From: a virus
Virus record (IMG/VR): IMGVR_UViG_3300024324_000425
Location: 1-64,000 of that record
Reading direction: 5' to 3' (one strand)
DNA length: 64,000 bases
In this document: piece after piece, positions 9,368 to 19,177 of the stretch
How positions within the stretch are numbered: the first letter of the stretch is position 1
Layout: each line of letters starts with the position of its first letter
Translations under genes and position numbers: made by a program
Notes under the pieces: model-generated
What the model was told of the DNA's origin: nothing
Seen by the model: the letters and a program-made list of their open reading frames with translations, nothing else
Database searches by the model: none

Positions 9368-10371
9368 ATAACATAAAACAGGTATTGAATCCTACAGACA
9401 TTGAATCTATAGAGCTAGGTTTAATTAATAAATGTGTGTTAGACTGTAGACTATGTTTAAGACAAGAGGCTATAACAGACAATTTGGAAAAAGATGTAGC
9501 AATTGACTTAGGTACTTTATCGAAATTTATGGATCAACTGCCTAATCTCAAACAGGTAGATTTAGTAGGTTCTATATCAGAACCAACCTTGCATAAACAA
9601 TTTTATGGTATCATAAAGTATATCAAGGGACGTAACTTAAAGATTAGACTATCAACTAACGGCAATACATTTTCGTTAAATTGGTGGGCTAATCTAGGTA
9701 AGTTAATGGATGAACGTGATATAGTAAGGTTTGCTGTTGATGGATCTACACAAGAAATACATGCTAAATACAGAGTCAATGGTAAACTGTCTAAGGTGTT
9801 AGCTTGTCACACCGCGTTTAAAAGTACATCACGGAGTATTACCGTGTTACAAAATATACTATTCGCATATAATATAGATGATCAAGATAATGTGCGGGCG
9901 TTATTTATGAAAGAAAACTTTGATATATGTGAATTTACACATACAGGTGGATTTGATTTCACAGGAACACCCGCCTTGATAAAGGATAATATACTCCCGG
10001 TTAAAGACTTATTATCAAGTTATAATAAACTCACCCGAGATCATACAGTTAATATGAAATTAAACTGCGCGGCCTTTATGGGGAAGTATGTATATCTAAA
10101 TCACTTGGGTTGTGTTCTACCATGTGATGATATGGAAGAGACTACATTCATCTCGCCCAGTAATAACATAACTATATATAATAATACTATAGATGAATGC
10201 TTCGCTCATGTAAATTCCATAATATCTAAAAGGTTTTTCTGCAACACATGTTCTGAGTGTTGTGGCCAGCTCCATCATGATATACGTAAAGAATACCCAA
10301 TTATACAATATAATAGAAATGGCGATTCAGAATCTTTGTATAAATTTAGAGAAGTGATGAATATAATATGA
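9364..10371 (+). CDS. Radical SAM enzyme 4 (twitch-type)
   Basis: CVLDCRLC, SEPTL, STNG, VDG; C-terminal C...GCVLPC...CNTCSECC. Confidence 0.85.
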   Translation: MNNIKQVLNPTDIESIELGLINKCVLDCRLCLRQEAITDNLEKDVAIDLGTLSKFMDQLPNLKQVDLVGSISEPTLHKQFYGIIKYIKGRNLKIRLSTNGNTFSLNWWANLGKLMDERDIVRFAVDGSTQEIHAKYRVNGKLSKVLACHTAFKSTSRSITVLQNILFAYNIDDQDNVRALFMKENFDICEFTHTGGFDFTGTPALIKDNILPVKDLLSSYNKLTRDHTVNMKLNCAAFMGKYVYLNHLGCVLPCDDMEETTFISPSNNITIYNNTIDECFAHVNSIISKRFFCNTCSECCGQLHHDIRKEYPIIQYNRNGDSESLYKFREVMNII

Positions 10372-11354
10372 ATATAAATGAAATACACACATTAGAGATC
10401 GGACTAATTAATAAATGTACTTTATCGTGCCCGTTGTGTTTGCGCAATGATAAAGTGTTAATGGGTAGGTTAAAAAAGAATGAAAGCTTGGATTGGCAAG
10501 TTTTAAGAAACTTCTTAGATACTCTAGTGAACTTAGAGAGGGTAGTACTTATGGGGGCAGTATCAGAACCAACGTTATATCCTGAGTTCTTTGAGTTGAT
10601 AAAATACCTAAAATGTCGTAACTTAAAAGTCAGATTATGTACGTCTGGGTCTACACATGACGAAGCTTGGTGGGCTAAGCTTGGACCGATGCTGGATGAA
10701 AATGATATCACAAGATTCCCGGTAGATGGGTCTACACAAGAGCTTCATTCTAAATATCGGAGAGGGTCTGTATTAAATGATGTATTAAAGTACCACGCTG
10801 CATTTAAATCAGCTAGTGCTTGTACTACTATTTTACAGCATATTATATTTCAATATAACGAACATGATAAAGATAATATAAGGGACATATACTTTAAAGA
10901 AAACTTTGATCTTTTAGAGATGAGTCCATGCTATGAACCCAATCTTAATATGAAAAACGTAGAAAAAGATGGGATCATTCCAATTAAAACCCTATTCAAT
11001 TATCAGCGATTGAAAAACCAAGCTGTTAATAATAAACCAAAAATATGGAAGGGATGTCCGGAAGCTAGAGATAATGCAGCATACTTAGGTCATAGGGGAT
11101 TACTAGTCCCATGCAATGAGCAGGAAGATGCACATTTCAAGATGGATACATTTGTAAATATATATGACAATAGTATTGATGAGGTTATTGAATATCTAAA
11201 CGTTATATTAAATGGTATAAACACGGATGATACATGTTTGAGGTCATGTACTGAAATGGGACAAAGAGAATGTTTCATTTTTCCAATAACCCAATATAAT
11301 AAAGTCGGTGATAAGTATGAGTTAATAGACTTTAGAGAGTGTATGAAACGATGA
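10368..11354 (+). CDS. Radical SAM enzyme 5 (tandem paralog of enzyme 4)
   Basis: CTLSCPLC; shares E-G-L-I-N-K-C, SEPTL, VDGSTQE and KENFD blocks with 9364. Confidence 0.85.
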   Translation: MNINEIHTLEIGLINKCTLSCPLCLRNDKVLMGRLKKNESLDWQVLRNFLDTLVNLERVVLMGAVSEPTLYPEFFELIKYLKCRNLKVRLCTSGSTHDEAWWAKLGPMLDENDITRFPVDGSTQELHSKYRRGSVLNDVLKYHAAFKSASACTTILQHIIFQYNEHDKDNIRDIYFKENFDLLEMSPCYEPNLNMKNVEKDGIIPIKTLFNYQRLKNQAVNNKPKIWKGCPEARDNAAYLGHRGLLVPCNEQEDAHFKMDTFVNIYDNSIDEVIEYLNVILNGINTDDTCLRSCTEMGQRECFIFPITQYNKVGDKYELIDFRECMKR

Positions 11355-12436
11355 TACATACACACACAGAATGGGGCAAACTTAAAGAAGTAATTGTAGG
11401 TAGAGAATTGGAGTTACCTATGAGAATGATGGACATTACATTTAAAATATTTTATAACAGCAACTTACAACATACACAATTCACTGCATACAACGATTAT
11501 AGAATCTCTCCAAAACTAATACAAGAAAGAATAGATGATTTAGATGGTTTAGCCAAAGCGTTAGAGGATGAGGGGATCGTAGTTAAACGTCCTAATGTTG
11601 TAGATAAGTCAGTATTAATCAATACCCCTAACTTTAAATCTGTGTTGAGTTCTGCTTCAAATGTGAGGGATTTAACATTAACGTATAAGAATAAAATTAT
11701 TGAGACCCCACCTTTAGTTAGAGGTAGGTACTTCGAAAATAACAACTTGATTAATATATTTAAGGAACACTTCATGAGTGGTTCTGAATGGGTTCGAGCT
11801 CCTAATGTACTATTATCGGATGAAACATTCGATAGCGATGAATGGGATAATGATAGAGACTTGATTAACGTATCATCTAAATGGGATCTTGGTATTGATG
11901 CCGCTCAATATTTAAAGTTAGGTACGGATGTATTTTGCAACATATCTACATATAATCATGCGCTTGGCTCAAAATGGGTTAACCAGATGTTGGGAGAAGG
12001 CGTTACGGTTCATATGATAGATTCGATGATAGATAATCATTTAGATGGAACGATACTACCATTACGGCCAGGAGTATTTTTGGTTAATGAAAGTACATTA
12101 TCTAAACCTATTAAGGAATACCTCCCGGATAAATTTAAAGATTGGAAGTTCATTAGTGTAAACGAAGGTGTGAAGCATCAGAAAAATTACGACACATATA
12201 ATACACCATTTGTTCAATTGAGCAGTTATCGTGGTATGGATATGAATGTATTAAGTATTGACGAAAATACAGTGCTGGTTAATTCTGATGCCACGAGTAC
12301 AATTAGTTTATTAAAAGAAGAAAGTTTTAGAGTGATCCCTATACAATTAAGACATTGTGAATTGTTTGGTGGTGGCATTCATTGTAGCACATTAGATACA
12401 ATACGAGAGGATGAGTTTAAAGATTATACATTATGA
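11351..12436 (+). CDS. Amidinotransferase (GAT/StrB1/CyrA family)
   Basis: HTEWGKLKEVIVGR, RD, DAA, HLDGT, LRPG and catalytic GGGIHCSTLD. Confidence 0.85.
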   Translation: MIHTHTEWGKLKEVIVGRELELPMRMMDITFKIFYNSNLQHTQFTAYNDYRISPKLIQERIDDLDGLAKALEDEGIVVKRPNVVDKSVLINTPNFKSVLSSASNVRDLTLTYKNKIIETPPLVRGRYFENNNLINIFKEHFMSGSEWVRAPNVLLSDETFDSDEWDNDRDLINVSSKWDLGIDAAQYLKLGTDVFCNISTYNHALGSKWVNQMLGEGVTVHMIDSMIDNHLDGTILPLRPGVFLVNESTLSKPIKEYLPDKFKDWKFISVNEGVKHQKNYDTYNTPFVQLSSYRGMDMNVLSIDENTVLVNSDATSTISLLKEESFRVIPIQLRHCELFGGGIHCSTLDTIREDEFKDYTL

Positions 12437-12873
12437 TATATTTAATATCGCGTATCGATGAGCAAGCACATTCCCATAATATTGCTATAGCTAACATAGT
12501 ATCGGAGGTGTATAATCATAAAGTGTTCGTGCCGCATTTGCATAACCCATATAATATACCCCACAATAAGATGGAATATAAGACGTTTAAAACTGACCTC
12601 ACTAAGATGAAAGAATCATCTATGGGCGTTATAGCATTGCCTGTAGGCAACGATTGTTCCGGAGAAATTGGATGGTTCGCTGGAAATAATAAAGCGGTTA
12701 TTGCTATTATCAAGAGCACCGAGTATATGTCTAGTGCTGACCAGATAGAATCACTTTCATCTATGTGGATGATAAAGGGATTTATTGATGAGGTTGTGGT
12801 ATTTAACGAACATGACCAATTGGTATTACTCAATGATCCTATACTTAAGGATAAGGTAACATTATGGTTATAG
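12433..12873 (+). CDS. Nucleoside 2-deoxyribosyltransferase / MilB-like nucleotide N-glycosidase
   Basis: IYL...FVPH...D...GEIGW...K motif pattern of the NDT/Rcl fold. Confidence 0.6.
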   Translation: MIYLISRIDEQAHSHNIAIANIVSEVYNHKVFVPHLHNPYNIPHNKMEYKTFKTDLTKMKESSMGVIALPVGNDCSGEIGWFAGNNKAVIAIIKSTEYMSSADQIESLSSMWMIKGFIDEVVVFNEHDQLVLLNDPILKDKVTLWL

Positions 12874-13571
12874 AGGTCAATGAGTATTTACTAAACCGCT
12901 TAAGCGAAGTAAACGTATTAGATATAGAAATAGAGGGGGATTTGGTTGAACCCACTTACTTTTTTTATATATCATCAACTACGTATAATAAGCTTGTTGA
13001 TGAATTCTTTCCAAGTGCTGATTTATTACAAGGCTTGGTTAAAACCTATAATGGGTGCTTATTTAAAATTGAACTAAAAGACAATAAAGTTGAAATCTTA
13101 ATTGGGTTTGAATTAGGAGATCATACTTTAACTATGGTATTTGATGATGAGTATAAATTAGTTGATATTAAATTTTATACATTGGTTGAAGAAGTGGGTA
13201 TATACAAGGTATGTTATAAGATAAAGCTTTCAAGTATTAGTTCGTTATACTACAATTATGAAGTCAATGGTATATGGACGAGTTATGCACCACCTATTAG
13301 TATGTACACCGAGGTATTTTCGGCAACAAAGTATACTATAGCCGATAAATTAAGACACCTGCGTAAAGAGTATACTAAACATAAGGACGTACCAAGTGTA
13401 CACTTTGATGATGTTATGGTTATATCAAACATTAAAGATTACCAAGATGTGTTAACATATGCTGGATCAAATTTAAACATTAAGCCAACTATAAATAAAT
13501 TACTACAGCTGTTAATTATAGAGGAGTATAATGAGTTTATCAAACAACATAGCATTAATAACAACTATTGA
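12864..13571 (+). CDS. Hypothetical protein
   Basis: 235-aa ORF overlapping both neighbours. Confidence 0.6.
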   Translation: MVIEVNEYLLNRLSEVNVLDIEIEGDLVEPTYFFYISSTTYNKLVDEFFPSADLLQGLVKTYNGCLFKIELKDNKVEILIGFELGDHTLTMVFDDEYKLVDIKFYTLVEEVGIYKVCYKIKLSSISSLYYNYEVNGIWTSYAPPISMYTEVFSATKYTIADKLRHLRKEYTKHKDVPSVHFDDVMVISNIKDYQDVLTYAGSNLNIKPTINKLLQLLIIEEYNEFIKQHSINNNY

Positions 13572-14412
13572 AGGTGACCTTAAGGATATCAATACCTTAA
13601 AGCAGGGATATATTAGATGTTACGAACAAGAGGCAGTTCAGTGTTTTACTGAGTGGCGAAAGAATGCTGGCTGGTTGAAAGATGTTCCTATATATTGTAT
13701 TGCGTTAACCAAGAACACGATATCACAAGAAACAAAAGATATCTTTAAAGAACTTAATGTTAATTACATTGAAAAATTCTATCCTGAAACTGAACTTTAT
13801 CAAAACGGATATTGGAATATACCACTATCTGGTAAATATTTTGAAGAAGAACTTAAAGAAGACATCTTAATTAAAATTGATTTAGACATGTATCTTATTA
13901 AAGAACTGTCTAAAGAGATGTTTAATATTGAGAGAGGCACAACAACAGTTGGTAGGTATGACCCATTGTCGGCAAAACATAATACCAATAAGTTAACGTT
14001 TCCAGAAAGATATGGTCAACCATGGGATACTGGTTTAGTGATTACACACAGGGCCACTGGTTTTTTTGGAAAGTTTTATAACAAATTAAAACAAATTACA
14101 TCTGAATTTGAAGATGGCACCTTTGAGAGTTTATACGGATTACATATTAAAGAACATGACAACGATCATGGTGTTGATTATGGTGCTATCGAAGAGTTTG
14201 CGGTGTCTATCATGTACACGGATGAAGATGCCAAATTAATTCCACAATTTAAATACAACTTAGGCGAGTTTTACGCACCGATAGACATATACACAGATGA
14301 AGAAGTTCAAGAGATATACTTCTTCCATGAACATATACCACTTCAGGAGATTGGCTATGATAAATTCAAGACACGTATTGAATACTTCCATCGCATTAAT
14401 CACGGTAATTGA
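13531..14412 (+). CDS. GT-A (GT8-like) glycosyltransferase
   Basis: GAGGAG RBS; KIDLDM DxD motif, DTGLV, FFHEH; TATAAATA at 13490. Confidence 0.55.
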   Translation: MSLSNNIALITTIEGDLKDINTLKQGYIRCYEQEAVQCFTEWRKNAGWLKDVPIYCIALTKNTISQETKDIFKELNVNYIEKFYPETELYQNGYWNIPLSGKYFEEELKEDILIKIDLDMYLIKELSKEMFNIERGTTTVGRYDPLSAKHNTNKLTFPERYGQPWDTGLVITHRATGFFGKFYNKLKQITSEFEDGTFESLYGLHIKEHDNDHGVDYGAIEEFAVSIMYTDEDAKLIPQFKYNLGEFYAPIDIYTDEEVQEIYFFHEHIPLQEIGYDKFKTRIEYFHRINHGN

Positions 14413-15190
14413 ATCTGATCTAATTAATATAGATTCTAATAATACACATAACACTAGGCTATTTGAAAGAGAAGCTATATTGTCGTTTAGTCATTGGCGT
14501 AACAATGCTGGAATATATAAAGATATTCCCATATATGCAGTGTGTATTACAAAAAATACTATATCAAAAGATACTAAAGATAAGTTTAAAGAATTAAATG
14601 TAACTTATATTGAAAGTTATCAAGCGGTCACAGAGTCGTTTGATTGTGGGTTTTATAATAAACCACTAGGATGTAAGGTGCTTGAAGAGACCTTAACAGA
14701 AGATATATTAATTCATATAGACTTGGACATGTATTTAATGAGAGAGCCTACCATACCTTTCAAAAATGCATGCATGGTATATGATACACACCAACTACAT
14801 AAAGAACGTATACATAAAAACGGTGAGGTGATAGACACATATAACACATGTTATATGGTTACTAAACGCAAAGATAAGATATTTTCTAAGTGGTGGGATA
14901 AACTAAAACAACTTGATGAGGATTACATATTAGATCGTAGTGAGTTTGATAAACTATATGATAACCTAGAGTATAGAAAATTAGAAGAGTTGTCGTTTGA
15001 TTTATTATCATTAGACATAGAGATTTACAATATACCAAACTCTTTGTTTGGGGAGACATATACCCCATTAGCTAGTATGAATAAATTAGAATTGAATAAT
15101 ATCACCTTTCACCACTATCACATATATACATCATTAGTTGAGTACAACTGGTTTGCTGGATATAGGGAATACACAAAATGTTTTCTTTAA
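14357..15190 (+). CDS. GT-A glycosyltransferase, tandem paralog of 13531
   Basis: AGGAGA before ATG 14357; shares IALIT.IE.D, WR.NAG..KD.PIY, TKNTIS and IDLDMYL with 13531. Confidence 0.55.
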   Translation: MINSRHVLNTSIALITVIESDLINIDSNNTHNTRLFEREAILSFSHWRNNAGIYKDIPIYAVCITKNTISKDTKDKFKELNVTYIESYQAVTESFDCGFYNKPLGCKVLEETLTEDILIHIDLDMYLMREPTIPFKNACMVYDTHQLHKERIHKNGEVIDTYNTCYMVTKRKDKIFSKWWDKLKQLDEDYILDRSEFDKLYDNLEYRKLEELSFDLLSLDIEIYNIPNSLFGETYTPLASMNKLELNNITFHHYHIYTSLVEYNWFAGYREYTKCFL

Positions 15191-15942
15191 AAATCCCTAA
15201 AATGATGTGTGTGCCAATAACAGACAAGTGTCATTTGCGATGTGGGTTCTGTTATAATAGTAATGATTATTTCAAAACAGCTAAGCACATGGATATTGAT
15301 GAGTTTAAGGATATTGTTGATTGGCTCATATCAGAAGGAATATCTTATATTGATATAACCCCTGCGGTGGGAGAAGCTTTGTTAATCCCAAACCTTCATG
15401 AATTTCTGGACTATTTAGATAACTCGAGTATTGATAAGTATTTATTAATTACATCACTGGCTGTTAAAGATATATCAGTATTAAAGGATCGTCATAAAAT
15501 AGATATAGAGGTTAGTTTATATGGGGAAAACGCAGAACAATATATAAAAACCACTGGGAGGGATGTGTTTGATTTGGTCTTACCCAACATTAAAGAATTG
15601 ACTAAAGATGGTATTACTATATTAAAACGCTTTAAAGAGCCTATAACATCAACAGATCTTCGACTAATAACGAAATTCGATAATGTGAAGTTAGTTGATT
15701 ATAGTGATGATCGCGGATTAGAGTATGCATCAAAAACTGGGGAAGTACGAGAGTGTGTGTTCATGAAAGAACCTTTGGTTACTAAGCGGGGAATTAGTTT
15801 GTGTTGTAAGGATCATAAGATTGAGGACTTGGTTATTGGTCAGGTTGGTGAAAGTCTAAAAGATATATATAATAACATATCAATAGATGATGTCAAGTGT
15901 TCTATTGAATGTGATTGGTTTATAGATGCATCCACAGATTGA
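15178..15942 (+). CDS. Radical SAM enzyme 6 (short, twitch-like)
   Basis: CHLRCGFC, GEA, SLYG; C-terminal C...LCC...C..C. Confidence 0.8.
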   Translation: MFSLKIPKMMCVPITDKCHLRCGFCYNSNDYFKTAKHMDIDEFKDIVDWLISEGISYIDITPAVGEALLIPNLHEFLDYLDNSSIDKYLLITSLAVKDISVLKDRHKIDIEVSLYGENAEQYIKTTGRDVFDLVLPNIKELTKDGITILKRFKEPITSTDLRLITKFDNVKLVDYSDDRGLEYASKTGEVRECVFMKEPLVTKRGISLCCKDHKIEDLVIGQVGESLKDIYNNISIDDVKCSIECDWFIDASTD

Positions 15943-16384
15943 TCCAACTGAACATGATCTTATAATAAGATTCTTTGGAATTGATCCAACCTCCAATATA
16001 CTTTCTGGAAATCTTAATCTGGGAACAAGCGATTTTAGAAATATAATAGACTTCTATAGGTTTGAATATAAAGATAGAGAAGCTGCGTTTTGGGATGTTG
16101 TATATCCAAAATCGTTGTTATATCCTAATATAGAAATACCTATTACAATGACACGTGTGGCATTAGATTGGGTTGATTATGTTACAAAGGTTGATGTATC
16201 ATATACTATTGATGATAATAAACTTATAATGAATACCTCCCCACAAGGTGATCGGTATAATAAAATGTTACAACTGATATGTTGTATGATATTTGTATCA
16301 GATTTTAATAATATGAGTGATGATAAAAAATATATAGACACGAGTGCGGCTTGGCTGATTATAATGAAGATAGCAAATGAATAA
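15926..16384 (+). CDS. Hypothetical protein
   Basis: 152-aa ORF coupled to both neighbours. Confidence 0.6.
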   Translation: MHPQIDPTEHDLIIRFFGIDPTSNILSGNLNLGTSDFRNIIDFYRFEYKDREAAFWDVVYPKSLLYPNIEIPITMTRVALDWVDYVTKVDVSYTIDDNKLIMNTSPQGDRYNKMLQLICCMIFVSDFNNMSDDKKYIDTSAAWLIIMKIANE

Positions 16385-16982
16385 CCATGAATTTATAAAG
16401 ATGTTTGAGGATGAGTTGAGTACCTACACCGGTGCACCTTATGTAGTCCTTACAGACTCATGTACTAATGCGGTGTTCTTAATGTTAAAGTATCTAGATA
16501 TACAAACCACTATTAGTATTCCAAATCATACGTACATCTCTATCCCCCAACAGATTATACATGCTGGAGGTTGCGTCGAGTGGAATACTGAAGAATGGAT
16601 AGGTTCTTATAATTTAAAGAATACTCCTATCTGGGATAGTGCTGTCGGGTTCCATAAAGATATGTACATTAAAGATCAATTCATGTGTTTATCATTTCAA
16701 CAAAAGAAAGCATTACCCATTGGAAAAGGAGGAGCTATTCTATTATCCAAAAAAGAAGATTATGAAATTCTTAAACGAATGGCATGGGATGGAAGAGACG
16801 CTTCTGTATCTGTTGAAAGGGATATAAATAATATTATACTAGGATATCATATGAACATGACCCCTAATGATGCGGTTAATGGATTATTACTACTTAATCA
16901 ATTTACCGCGGTAAAGGATAATCAGGGATGTTGGTTAGACTACCCTAACTTAGACGTAACAAAAGTAAATGGAGAAACATAA
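16377..16982 (+). CDS. DegT/DnrJ/EryC1/StrS PLP aminotransferase (short form)
   Basis: FEDEL, SCTNA, DSA, SFQQKKALPIGKGG (PLP Lys), GYHMNM. Confidence 0.85.
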   Translation: MNNHEFIKMFEDELSTYTGAPYVVLTDSCTNAVFLMLKYLDIQTTISIPNHTYISIPQQIIHAGGCVEWNTEEWIGSYNLKNTPIWDSAVGFHKDMYIKDQFMCLSFQQKKALPIGKGGAILLSKKEDYEILKRMAWDGRDASVSVERDINNIILGYHMNMTPNDAVNGLLLLNQFTAVKDNQGCWLDYPNLDVTKVNGET

Positions 16983-17648
16983 ATGGATAAAAATCCAAAT
17001 CGAACGTGTTGTGATGATGGCAAGTGCTATCGCCATGATGTAATTAATAAGCTGGAGAGTGAATTTAATATTATTGAAGCACTTGATGAACTAGAATGGG
17101 GATATACTCACACGTTTGTATTCATCGAAGATAAGCTATACTATTACAAACCTGAACTTATATCACAAATCGCGGCGGATGCTGCTATATGGGATGAGTC
17201 TTATACAGGAGACTTTAAAGCTTCGGTTGATGAGATATCATCATTGTTAAATCAAGAAGTAATATTGACTGATGTTTATAGTAAATTAGATGAGTATATT
17301 AGAAGTGGTATTAACGGGATGCCAACATTCATTGAAGAGACTGAGAGTTTCTTAGTATTTGCGGATCCGAAGGCTGAGGTGATGCCTGTTGATGAGTGGA
17401 AAAATAATCTATTGAATATTAAAAATAGTTTCAGTGATGATATTAATCCATTGTTAGAAGTGTTTGGTGATAATGAGCTTTATATAAAGGGTAACCAAGT
17501 ATATTGCTATGATATACTAGCCTTTGAAAATAACACTAATGGTAAGTTAGGAGTATTTAGTGAGGCTGATGATAAAATAGTGTTTAGTGCATTTGGCGAG
17601 TTAGATCCAACACAAGCTAAAGTCGTGGATCTGCTTAAAGAGTTATAA
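16983..17648 (+). CDS. Hypothetical acidic protein with N-terminal CCxxxxC
   Basis: GGAGA RBS; 221-aa ORF. Confidence 0.6.
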   Translation: MDKNPNRTCCDDGKCYRHDVINKLESEFNIIEALDELEWGYTHTFVFIEDKLYYYKPELISQIAADAAIWDESYTGDFKASVDEISSLLNQEVILTDVYSKLDEYIRSGINGMPTFIEETESFLVFADPKAEVMPVDEWKNNLLNIKNSFSDDINPLLEVFGDNELYIKGNQVYCYDILAFENNTNGKLGVFSEADDKIVFSAFGELDPTQAKVVDLLKEL

Positions 17649-18533
17649 ATGAATATATTATTATTAGGCGGTGCCGGTTTTATTGGTACCCATTTAGCCA
17701 AACGGTTAAAAGGTGAAGGACATAACATAACAATCATTGATTCGTTGAGCACATCAGTATCTCCGGATTATGGTGTTAACTTTATTAAAGGCGATGTGGC
17801 TACAATGGATTTAGATATCCAATTAATGGAAGCTGACTTAGTATATTACTTGGCAGGATCTGTTGGAGTAGAATACATTGATAAGAATCCATCAAGCACT
17901 CTATTCAATAACATTGACTTAATGACTAAGTTAATCCCTGCCTTTGAAAGAGCACAAACAAAAGTAATATTCTCATCCACTTCTGAAGTATATGGTGAAG
18001 GACCTTTCAACGAAGACAACGCATTAAGTATTGGTTCCCCTAATAAATTAAGATGGGGTTATGCTTGTGCTAAGTTAATGACTGAGTTCATGATAAAGGC
18101 TTCTACATTCCCATCGGTTATTGTAAGATTCTTTAATGTAGTGGGACCTGGTCAATCCGCTGATTATGGTATGGTCCTACCTAGAATGGTAGCGGCGGCA
18201 AAGACCGGACAAAACTTAATTATATATGGCGATGGCAAACAAGTTAGATCATTCTGTCACATCAAAGATGCTATTGATGCTCTTATATTATTACAAGATG
18301 CTGAGGGTATATACAATGTTGGTAATGATACCCCCTCAACAATGAATGAGTTAGCAACGGCTGTATTAAGAGAAATAGCCACAACATCTAATATGAAGTA
18401 TCGACCTTATGAGAAAGATTTCTCTAAAGAACATGGTGATATATACTATAGGGTACCTGATATTACTAAGCTTAAAGAGCTCGGGTATGAACCTAAATAT
18501 GATTTGAAAGATATTATAAGAGATATGTTATGA
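17649..18533 (+). CDS. NAD-dependent nucleotide-sugar epimerase/dehydratase (SDR)
   Basis: GGAGFIG, SSTSEVYG, YACAK, RFFNVVGP, GDGKQVRSF. Confidence 0.9.
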   Translation: MNILLLGGAGFIGTHLAKRLKGEGHNITIIDSLSTSVSPDYGVNFIKGDVATMDLDIQLMEADLVYYLAGSVGVEYIDKNPSSTLFNNIDLMTKLIPAFERAQTKVIFSSTSEVYGEGPFNEDNALSIGSPNKLRWGYACAKLMTEFMIKASTFPSVIVRFFNVVGPGQSADYGMVLPRMVAAAKTGQNLIIYGDGKQVRSFCHIKDAIDALILLQDAEGIYNVGNDTPSTMNELATAVLREIATTSNMKYRPYEKDFSKEHGDIYYRVPDITKLKELGYEPKYDLKDIIRDML

Positions 18534-19177
18534 AGATAGTTTTTATATTTGCTCATCCAGATGATGAAGCGTATGGACCTGCTGGTACTATACACAAGTT
18601 AGCTAACGCTGGCCATAGTGTATCGGTGGTTGTTATGTGTAAAGGTAATAGGCCTGGTGCTGAAGAAGTATGTGATGATAGAATGGAAGCCTTTAAAAAG
18701 AGTTGTAGTTCATTAGGGGCTACAGGAACTATGTTCTTAAACAACGATTGTAAGTTAAAGTATGGAGAAACTCTTAAACAAATAGAAGGAGTTATTAACG
18801 ATCTTCAACCAGAAGTAGTGTATACTCATAATATATCTGACATTCATAAAGATCATAGGTTAGTTGCAGAGTGTGTAATAGTAGCTACTAGGCCGAAGCC
18901 TGAGTCATCTATTAAAGAATTATATATGTGCGAGATCCCAGCATCTACTGATTGGGCATTTGGTCAATTAGGTGAGGCATTCCAACCTAATGTTTATAAA
19001 GATGTATCAATGGAAATATATAAGAAGCAACAGGTGATGGGATATTATGCAACAGAAGTATATGAATATCCAGATGCTAGATCAATTGAAAGTATGGAAA
19101 CTTTAGCGATGTATAGAGGTAAGACTGTTGGCATGCATAGAGCTGAAGCGTTTAAGCAGGTATATCGACTCGACTAG
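18530..19177 (+). CDS. PIG-L/LmbE family N-deacetylase
   Basis: AHPDDE, DIHKDH, AEAF. Confidence 0.9.
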   Translation: MKIVFIFAHPDDEAYGPAGTIHKLANAGHSVSVVVMCKGNRPGAEEVCDDRMEAFKKSCSSLGATGTMFLNNDCKLKYGETLKQIEGVINDLQPEVVYTHNISDIHKDHRLVAECVIVATRPKPESSIKELYMCEIPASTDWAFGQLGEAFQPNVYKDVSMEIYKKQQVMGYYATEVYEYPDARSIESMETLAMYRGKTVGMHRAEAFKQVYRLD

